Shown: positions 8,108 to 14,032 of the stretch, in pieces | How the letters are laid out: every line of letters begins with the position of its first letter | How positions within the stretch are numbered: position 1 is the first letter of the stretch | Assembly: GCA_041662745.1 (NCBI GenBank) | Contig: JBAZRV010000006.1 | Location: forward strand, 1-32,000 | Direction: 5' to 3' | Source: Patescibacteria group bacterium | GTDB lineage: Bacteria > Patescibacteriota > Patescibacteriia > 2-01-FULL-39-33 | DNA: 32,000 bases | The notes under the pieces: generated by a model | The model's input: only the letters and a program-made list of their open reading frames with translations | What the model was told of the DNA's origin: nothing | The model's database searches: none | Position numbers and translations under genes: made by a program

Positions 8108-9037
8108 ATGCTTAGAAAACCGCAATTGGCCAGATTTTACATTAACTGGAATGATCTTAATGAACACAATCTGATGCATCGGATTCTGCTCGGCTTGGAG
8201 AATATCACTACCGTTGAAAAATATAAATTACAATTTATAGACAGCTTGCCGTCAACGGTCAATGATTTTTGGCATAATAGCCACCACGGCCTCAGGCACT
8301 CTTTCCTGGTCCACAATCGCGCTCTGGAATTACTGGAACAATTTCCTTTATTGAAACGGCATTGTTTGGATATGATTTTTGATGAGACGCCGGAAAAAAG
8401 CGAGGAGAAAATCAAAGCGCTGCTAACTTGGGCGGCGATCTTGCATGATTTCGGCAGATGTTTGGGATTTTCTTTTGGCGAACATCAGGAGTTTGGCGCC
8501 AACTTGGCAAGATGCTGTTTTATGGACGATGAGGACGAAGAAGTGGTGGCCATGTCCCAGCGATTATACAATCTGATCGCCAATCACGATTATCTCAGGC
8601 CGGAAATAGACGGCAAAAAATTCCCGGACATATTCTTTATTGAACCGCTGGCCGAAATCTTACGTTTAGCCGACAAAATTTCAATCGCGCCGGCCGAGGA
8701 AATGCTTCGCTATTATCAGACCGGCCGGCAAGTCAAAACCGCTTTCTATAACCCCGCCATTACCGATGATGTCCGATTTGATTTCGCCCGTCAAGGCGGC
8801 GAACGCGATATGGTCGGCTACGCCTTTAATCTGTTCCTGCTCCAACCGCAAGATTTCTTTTATCGGGAAACGGCCGAAGCTTACGCCCAGTGGTCCAGGG
8901 GGAAGCTTGAGGCTTTCCAAGAGCTGATCCGGCAAGCCCGCGAAGAAGAAAACTTAAGTCCCCAAAAAATCCTGGAAATCCATGCCATCATTAAACGCGG
9001 CCACGAACGCCTGAATATTCCTTTCTGTTTCGGCTGA
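8108..9037 (+). CDS. HD-domain phosphohydrolase-like protein
   Basis: HHGLRHSFLVHNRA, AAILHDFGRCLGFSFGEHQEFGA, NHDYLRPE. Confidence 0.65.
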   Translation: MLRKPQLARFYINWNDLNEHNLMHRILLGLENITTVEKYKLQFIDSLPSTVNDFWHNSHHGLRHSFLVHNRALELLEQFPLLKRHCLDMIFDETPEKSEEKIKALLTWAAILHDFGRCLGFSFGEHQEFGANLARCCFMDDEDEEVVAMSQRLYNLIANHDYLRPEIDGKKFPDIFFIEPLAEILRLADKISIAPAEEMLRYYQTGRQVKTAFYNPAITDDVRFDFARQGGERDMVGYAFNLFLLQPQDFFYRETAEAYAQWSRGKLEAFQELIRQAREEENLSPQKILEIHAIIKRGHERLNIPFCFG

Positions 9038-9065
9038 TTAATTTTAACTGCCAGCACCTTGACCG

Positions 9066-9088
9066 CTCCGACCTAGTCGGAGTTTTTT
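9066..9088 (+). terminator. Rho-independent terminator
   Basis: CTCCGAC-CTA-GTCGGAG followed by TTTTTT. Confidence 0.85.
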
Positions 9089-9194
9089 ATTATCATCTTT
9101 TCAGTTATAGTCAGTTATATTTATTTGGAATTGAACAGCATTGCTTTAATCTCCAAAAAACATTAAAATTAACTTAACAAACCGAGTTATTTTT

Positions 9195-10049
9195 ATGCCT
9201 GATTATCCCAAAATCGGCGCGCATATATCCGCCGCCGTTAATATCAGCCAAGCGCCCCGGCGCGCCTGGAAAGCCGGCTGCGAATGTTTCCAATTCTTTT
9301 CCCGATCGCCCCAAGGCGGTCCGACCAAAGAGCTGACGGAACAAACGGTCGCTGACTTTAAAGCCGACTGCGAAAAATATAAATTGGAAAGTTATCTCCA
9401 TAGCCCTTATTATATCAATCTGGCTTCGGCCAAAAACAATATTTACTACGGGTCTATCAGCGCCCTGCGCGAGGAACTGGAACGCGGATCGTTGCTGGGC
9501 GTCAAATACATGATGGCGCATTTGGGCAGCGCCAAAGATTTAGGAAAAAAGGCGGGGATGAAAAGAGTTGCGGAAGGATTGGAAAAAGTCTTGGCCGGCT
9601 ATAAGGGCAAAACGGAATTTCTGATTGAGCTGTCGGCCGGAGCGGGAGCGATCATTGGCGACACCTTTGAAGAAATCGCCAAAATCGTTAATTCGCCACG
9701 GCTTAGAAAGCATCAAATCGGCATCTGCTTTGACACCTGCCACGCCTTCGCTTCGGGCTATGATTTGCGGACGGAACAAGCGGTCAAAAAAACCTTTAAA
9801 AAATTTGATCAGATCCTGGGACTGAAACGGCTCAAGCTTATCCACGCCAATGACTCGCAAACCGGACTGGGCAGCCACAAAGACAGGCATGAGCATATCG
9901 GCCAAGGCCAAATCGGACTGGCCGGATTCAGGGCCATCGTTAAATTCGCCGAAAAGCAAAAAATCAACCTGATCTTAGAAACTCCCGACGGAAACGATCG
10001 CGTTAAAGACATAAAAATGCTGAAAAAAATAAAAAAACAAGCCAAATGA
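9195..10049 (+). CDS. nfo: Endonuclease IV (AP endonuclease)
   Basis: IGAHISAA, FQFFSRSPQGG, CFDTCHAFASGYDLR, HANDSQTGLGSHKDRHEHIGQGQIG. Confidence 0.93.
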   Translation: MPDYPKIGAHISAAVNISQAPRRAWKAGCECFQFFSRSPQGGPTKELTEQTVADFKADCEKYKLESYLHSPYYINLASAKNNIYYGSISALREELERGSLLGVKYMMAHLGSAKDLGKKAGMKRVAEGLEKVLAGYKGKTEFLIELSAGAGAIIGDTFEEIAKIVNSPRLRKHQIGICFDTCHAFASGYDLRTEQAVKKTFKKFDQILGLKRLKLIHANDSQTGLGSHKDRHEHIGQGQIGLAGFRAIVKFAEKQKINLILETPDGNDRVKDIKMLKKIKKQAK

Positions 10050-10546
10050 AAATAGCCATTATTTCCGACACCCACGACAATGCCGTCAACACGGAAAAAT
10101 TCCTGTCTTGGGCCAAAGACAATCAAATAGAAAAAATCATCCATTGCGGCGATATTGCCACACCGTCAATGATTGCAGAACTGTTCGGTCCGGCCGGCAT
10201 TGATTTCCACTGCGTTTTCGGCAACGTGGCCGATCGCGATCTGTTGCCGCAAGTCTGCAAAAAATTTCCTCACGCCGAATGTTACGGCGACCAAGGAGAA
10301 ATCAACCCTGATAACATCAGCCTGGCTTTCTGCCATCAGCCGAATGAAGCCAAGGCCTTGGCGGCTGCGGGAAAGTATCAAATGGTTTTTTACGGCCACA
10401 CCCATAAGCCCTGGCTGGAGACGCTTCCAAACGGCTGCCAATTGGCCAACCCCGGCACTCTGGGCGGATTGTTCCAAAAAGCCACCTTCGCCGTACTGGA
10501 TACGTCAACAAAAAACATTGAGTTGAAAGTTTTGGAACTGCTTTGA
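10046..10546 (+). CDS. YfcE/MJ0936-like metallophosphoesterase
   Basis: AIISDTHDN, IIHCGDIA, VFGNVADRD, FYGHTHKP, NPGTLGG. Confidence 0.85.
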   Translation: MKIAIISDTHDNAVNTEKFLSWAKDNQIEKIIHCGDIATPSMIAELFGPAGIDFHCVFGNVADRDLLPQVCKKFPHAECYGDQGEINPDNISLAFCHQPNEAKALAAAGKYQMVFYGHTHKPWLETLPNGCQLANPGTLGGLFQKATFAVLDTSTKNIELKVLELL

Positions 10547-10547
10547 T

Positions 10548-10766
10548 ATGCAACTACTTATTGAAGTCAAACCCAACAGCAAACAGGAAGCGGTGGAAAA
10601 AATCACCGACTCAGTTTATAAAATCCGCGTCCGCGCTCCGGCCCGGGAAGGCCGGGCCAACGAAGCGGTAATAAGAATCCTGGCCGATCACTTCAAGGTG
10701 GCTAAAAGCCTAATTCGGATAAAAACCGGCAAAACCTCCCGAACCAAGGTTGTAACGGTCGGCTAA
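10548..10766 (+). CDS. DUF167/YggU-like protein
   Basis: VKPNSKQEAVEKI, YKIRVRAPAREGRANEAVIRILADHFKVAKSLIRIKTGKTSRTKVV. Confidence 0.85.
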   Translation: MQLLIEVKPNSKQEAVEKITDSVYKIRVRAPAREGRANEAVIRILADHFKVAKSLIRIKTGKTSRTKVVTVG

Positions 10767-10910
10767 GCCCTCGCCAAGCCCTCCATTTGCCTCTGAGAGC
10801 GGCTTAGGGTATAATAATAACAGAGTACCACAAAATTCAGTGGCATTAAATAAAGATTAGCTAATTTTAGCTATTTTTTGTTTTAATAAAAAACTTTTTA
10901 AACTGGGCTA

Positions 10911-10939
10911 TTGACTTTAGGCAAAATTTTTGATACAAT
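10911..10939 (+). promoter_or_regulatory. Sigma70-type promoter of an orphan transcription unit
   Basis: TTGACT (10911-10916), 17 nt, TACAAT (10934-10939). Confidence 0.65.
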
Positions 10940-10979
10940 AGTCTATTGCGCATGTTGAATTTAATGCTGGAATTTCTGC

Positions 10980-11001
10980 AGGCACGACAAGCATAGGAAT
11001 T
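10980..11001 (+). repeat. 22 bp direct repeat, copy 1
   Basis: AGGCACGACAAGCATAGGAATT. Confidence 0.8.
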
Positions 11002-11225
11002 ATGCAGAGGATCTTCTCGGCTTTCAGCTCGGAATTTGCCTTTGGATATTTTCTTTGTCTGCAGTAACTCCGGCAGTAAATGCGGTTCTGCGGGCCAGCC
11101 AAGCTTCGCTTGGTGTAAGAACATCTTCAAAATTTGTCACCTTCCATTAAACAAAACTTTGAGAAAGTTTTTATTTCGCCGCAACTCTTCTGGAGTCGCG
11201 GTTTGCCAGGCGGGCTGTTTCGGCT

Positions 11226-11247
11226 AGGCACGACAAGCATGGGAATT
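11226..11247 (+). repeat. 22 bp direct repeat, copy 2 (one mismatch)
   Basis: AGGCACGACAAGCATGGGAATT. Confidence 0.8.
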
Positions 11248-11365
11248 CTTTATCAGTTTCGTTTGGGTTTCGACTCGAACGATGCTAATAAAAATTTTCT
11301 TGCCTAGCCAAATCAGCCCGAGTGGCGCAACTTTTTGGCCCGTGGAACCACGTTTATTGCCAATT

Positions 11366-11396
11366 AAAAAACATCCGATATTACCGGGTGTTTTTT
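11366..11396 (+). terminator. Terminator of candidate transcript 1
   Basis: AAAAAACATCCG-ATATTAC-CGGGTGTTTTTT; the single wobble (U-G) is pairable on the + strand but is an A-C mismatch on the minus strand. Confidence 0.65.
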
Positions 11397-11411
11397 CGTA
11401 TCTTATTATTT

Positions 11412-11442
11412 GTCATTCCTGGCTTGACCAGGAATCCAGGTT
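11412..11442 (+). repeat. dRS3-like inverted-repeat element
   Basis: GTCATTCCTGGCTTGACCAGGAATCCAGGTT; arms ATTCCTGG/CCAGGAAT. Confidence 0.65.
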
Positions 11443-11447
11443 ATCTT

Positions 11448-11485
11448 GTCATCCCGGAAATTTATAACCAAATTATCCGGGATCT
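11448..11485 (+). repeat. Second dispersed palindromic element adjacent to the first
   Basis: GTCATCCCGGA...TCCGGGATCT inverted repeat. Confidence 0.5.
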
Positions 11486-11536
11486 CTGACTTAAAAAATA
11501 AAATTAATTTTTTAATACAAATCAAATGCAAATCTC

Positions 11537-12319
11537 TCAATGTTTTCTCTTATAAGAAAACGAGATTAACCCAATAATAATCAATGCAACACTAAACACC
11601 TGCGGGAAGCGAAAACCAAAGATCATGGCTGTCGCGTCAAACCGTAAAAACTCCATTATAAATCTGATCAGTCCGTAGCCAGCGAGATATAACGCCAAAT
11701 ATTGCCCCGACCGGAACAGCCTTTTTTTGAAAGAAAAAAACAATAATAAAAATAAACATAAACTCAACAACGATTCATACAAAAACAGCGGTTGGAAATA
11801 TTGGCTGGATGAATACTGTTCCGGCCGCAAGCTGGCCGGTATGGGTATGCCCCAAGGCAGGCCAGTGGGCCGGCCGAACAATTCCTGATTAAAATAATTG
11901 CCCCAACGCCCCAACGCCTGACCCAAGGGCAAGACCACGGCGGATAGATCCAGCCATGGCCAAACTGAACGTTTCTTCCGCCAACACCAGAAGAGCAAAA
12001 ATAAAATCCCGCCGATGATCGCGCCGTGGATCGCCATTCCTCCCTGCCAAACGGCGATAATCGCCTGCGGATGCCGGGAAAAATAAGCCCAGTCAACTAC
12101 CAGCACGTCATACAAACGCGCCCCGATAACCGCCCCGATAACCGCCCAGAAAGCCAACTCATAAATGTCATCGCTCTTATCGCCCTGGCGGCGCAACAAA
12201 TAAACCGCCACAGCTAAGCAAAGCAGGATAGCTGAAGCGATAATCAGGCCGTACCAATAAATATTAATGGGGCCAAAGGAAAAAACGATTCTGCCGGGGG
12301 TAAAATAATGGATGAACAT
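11537..12319 (-). CDS. lgt: Prolipoprotein diacylglyceryl transferase
   Basis: Multi-TM; IYWYGLIIA, GAVIGARLYDVLV, WQGGMAIHGAIIGG, GQALGRWGNYFNQELFG, FLYESLLSL, RFIMEFLR. Confidence 0.95.
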   Translation of the reverse strand: MFIHYFTPGRIVFSFGPINIYWYGLIIASAILLCLAVAVYLLRRQGDKSDDIYELAFWAVIGAVIGARLYDVLVVDWAYFSRHPQAIIAVWQGGMAIHGAIIGGILFLLFWCWRKKRSVWPWLDLSAVVLPLGQALGRWGNYFNQELFGRPTGLPWGIPIPASLRPEQYSSSQYFQPLFLYESLLSLCLFLLLFFSFKKRLFRSGQYLALYLAGYGLIRFIMEFLRFDATAMIFGFRFPQVFSVALIIIGLISFSYKRKH

Positions 12320-12348
12320 GTCTTCATTATACTATCCACACCCCCCTC

Positions 12349-12377
12349 TTGACAAAAAAATTAAAGTGTGCTATAAT
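12349..12377 (+). promoter_or_regulatory. Perfect consensus sigma70-type promoter
   Basis: TTGACA (12349-12354), 17 nt, TATAAT (12372-12377). Confidence 0.85.
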
Positions 12378-12475
12378 GGTATATTGATGATTCTAGGGGA
12401 AGTTCCTTAAATCACTATAACTAATGATGTCATGGATCCGCGGATAATGATTTAACAAACGAAGGAGAATACCCG

Positions 12476-12625
12476 ATGCCAAAAGACGAATGCCCGTTTT
12501 GTCAAAATAATCCCGAAAATATTACCGACGACGATTTTTGCCCCATGTGCGGGATCCCATCGCTACAGTACACCAAGTTTATTGAGGAAGAAATGGAAGA
12601 AAACGGTGAACTTGATCCGTACTGA
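12476..12625 (+). CDS. 49-aa zinc-ribbon-like microprotein (absent from ORF track)
   Basis: MPKDECPFCQNNPENITDDDFCPMCGIPSLQYTKFIEEEMEENGELDPY*; SD GAAGGAGAATACCCG-ATG; downstream of a perfect promoter; CPFC/CPMC pairs. Confidence 0.8.
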   Translation: MPKDECPFCQNNPENITDDDFCPMCGIPSLQYTKFIEEEMEENGELDPY

Positions 12626-12666
12626 CAACCAGTCCGAAATTATAGCTCAAAGCCGGGAGAGATTGA

Positions 12667-12972
12667 ATGCCAAGAAAAAAACAATTGCGTCTTACTAGGC
12701 GTCCCGGGAAGTCGGCCTTCTGGATTTACGAGAAGGATTGGGAAGCCAGGCAGGGCCGGAGGATTCACTACAAGAGAAAACCCCTGGTCATCCAAGCGTA
12801 CAGTGAGAAACAGGCGGTGAGTTTCTATGTGCGGACTTTTCTGCGCCAGCGCGGGAAGAAAGCCATAGATACCGCCGAGAATTACTTCGCCCGTCTCGTG
12901 AAGGGCGGAGCAGTCGGATCGCAAACAGAGTTGCCGCATGAGTTGCCGCCTAAGCATAAGGCGACGCAATAG
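12667..12972 (+). CDS. Hypothetical basic protein (101 aa)
   Basis: SD GGGAGAGATTGA-ATG; co-directional after the microprotein gene. Confidence 0.65.
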   Translation: MPRKKQLRLTRRPGKSAFWIYEKDWEARQGRRIHYKRKPLVIQAYSEKQAVSFYVRTFLRQRGKKAIDTAENYFARLVKGGAVGSQTELPHELPPKHKATQ

Positions 12973-12986
12973 AATGTTTTTTCCTC

Positions 12987-13018
12987 ATCCCCCGCGAACG
13001 CGTTTCGCGGGGGAATTT
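12987..13018 (+). terminator. Terminator
   Basis: CCCCCGCGAA-CGCGT-TTCGCGGGGG followed by AATTTATT. Confidence 0.6.
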
Positions 13019-13062
13019 ATTTTCCTTATATTGTATTTGCATTATATTTACATTTAAAAAAT

Positions 13063-13201
13063 GCGGCCATTGAAAATATTGCGCCAATTTTCAGTGTCCG
13101 TCACAGACGGACCGTGCGGACACGAAAAATTTTCGCAAGCGCAGCGTCAGAAAATTTAAGTGGGCGCAACTGAAAATTTGGCCATGATTTTTAGCGGCCG
13201 C
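13063..13201. repeat. Nested imperfect inverted-repeat element (MITE-like or structured)
   Basis: GCGGCC/GGCCGC ends (13063-13068/13196-13201); AAAAT/ATTTT; CC-AATTTTCAGT/ACTGAAAATT-T-GG (13084-13095/13169-13181); inner GTCCGTC-ACA-GACGGAC. Confidence 0.5.
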
Positions 13202-13212
13202 GACTCTTTGGT

Positions 13213-13238
13213 GATACTTTTCTCTAGAGAAAAGTATC
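13213..13238. repeat. Perfect 26 bp palindrome
   Basis: GATACTTTTCTCTAGAGAAAAGTATC equals its own reverse complement. Confidence 0.9.
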
Positions 13239-13286
13239 GTGAAAATTAAACCCCTCATAATCTCCTCTTCCATAAGGGGTAGAAAT

Positions 13287-13340
13287 AACCTGGATTCCCG
13301 CCCTTGCCTGCCGGCAGGCAAGGTACATGGGAATGACAAC
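13287..13340 (-). repeat. dRS3-like element carrying a nested 22 bp palindrome
   Basis: Minus strand GTTGTCATTCCC...GGGCGGGAATCCAGGTT with CCTTGCCTGCCGGCAGGCAAGG (13302-13323). Confidence 0.6.
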
Positions 13341-13347
13341 TCTGATA

Positions 13348-13376
13348 TTGACATTTCTCTTTAAATGCTATATAAT
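13348..13376 (+). promoter_or_regulatory. Perfect consensus promoter of rpsO
   Basis: TTGACA (13348-13353), 17 nt, TATAAT (13371-13376). Confidence 0.85.
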
Positions 13377-13403
13377 AAAACCACTAATTATTAAGGCGAA
13401 TTT

Positions 13404-13449
13404 CCGGTGCCGGAGGGCCGGCAACCCCGGTTTCTGCTATTCTGCAGAA
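13404..13449 (+). promoter_or_regulatory. Structured rpsO leader (candidate S15 autoregulatory element)
   Basis: CCGG-[TGCCGG-AGGG-CCGGCA]-ACC-CCGG and TTCTGC/GCAGAA in the 5' UTR. Confidence 0.5.
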
Positions 13450-13489
13450 CTACACAAGTACTGGGAATTACGCGACACAAGTCATCACT

Positions 13490-13852
13490 ATGATAGACAA
13501 AAAAAAGAAACAGCAAATCATCAAAAAATTTGCTGTCCATGAGAACGACACCGGATCATCGGAAGTGCAAATCGCGCTCTTGACCGAAGAAATCAAAAGC
13601 CTGACCGAACACTTAAAAGCCCACAAAAAAGATTTTTCTTCCCGCCGCGGCTTATTGCGCAAGGTGGCCGAAAGACGCAGATTGTTGCGTTATTTGGAGA
13701 GAGAAAATTCCGCCGGCTTTGACGAGCTGGTCAAGTGCCTGAAGCTGAAGATCGCCAAACGCAAAGAGCTCTCCTCCAAATTACTGGAAGACGAGATCAA
13801 AGAAGAATTGGGTGAAGAAATCAAACCTGAAACCGAAACCACTGAAATATAA
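13490..13852 (+). CDS. rpsO: 30S ribosomal protein S15
   Basis: FAVHENDTGSSEVQIALLTEEIKSLTEHLKAHKKDFSSRRGLLRKVAERRRLLRYL. Confidence 0.97.
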   Translation: MIDKKKKQQIIKKFAVHENDTGSSEVQIALLTEEIKSLTEHLKAHKKDFSSRRGLLRKVAERRRLLRYLERENSAGFDELVKCLKLKIAKRKELSSKLLEDEIKEELGEEIKPETETTEI

Positions 13853-13856
13853 TATG

Positions 13857-13896
13857 GTGCGCGGGACGCCGGCTTTTCGGCGCCCCGCGTTTTGCG
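13857..13896 (+). terminator. Terminator-like hairpin after rpsO
   Basis: CGCGGG-A-CGCCG...CGGCG-C-CCCGCG followed by TTTT. Confidence 0.5.
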
Positions 13897-13928
13897 CCAA
13901 GCTCGCTTTTTAAAAATTAACCTAACGG

Positions 13929-14007
13929 ACCGAGACAGGAGATTATTTATTTGAAAGAAAAGCTGACTCAGGCAGCCGGCTTTCCCTTCAAATAAATCCC
14001 GCTCGGT
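13929..14007 (+). promoter_or_regulatory. Long stem-loop in the pnp leader (candidate RNase III/PNPase regulatory element)
   Basis: ACCGAG (13929-13934)/CTCGGT (14002-14007); ATTTATTTGAA (13945-13955)/TTCAAATAAAT (13987-13997); inner GCTG/CAGC. Confidence 0.6.
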
Positions 14008-14032
14008 TCCTAAACAAGAAAGGACCGAAACT

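Larger units (their letters stand above)
10946..11396 (+). ncRNA. Candidate non-coding transcript 1 (~450 nt)
   Basis: Promoter-like element upstream, no convincing ORF, several hairpins (CCAAGC-TTC-GCTTGG 11099-11113; CGTGG-AA-CCACG 11341-11352), terminator at the end. Confidence 0.4.

Noticed and set aside
10867-11227. Minus-strand ORFs of 87, 63 and 61 aa
   Set aside because: Overlapping frames without SD or recognised motifs. The Cys-rich stretch comes from the 22 bp repeat.
12640-12969. 109-aa minus-strand ORF opposite 12667-12972
   Set aside because: The plus-strand ORF has an SD and operon context. The minus ORF is its antisense shadow.
13091-13354. 87-aa minus-strand ORF
   Set aside because: It runs through the nested element, the 26 bp palindrome and the dRS3-like repeat (giving the PAGRQG-like stretch). 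A spurious product of repeats.
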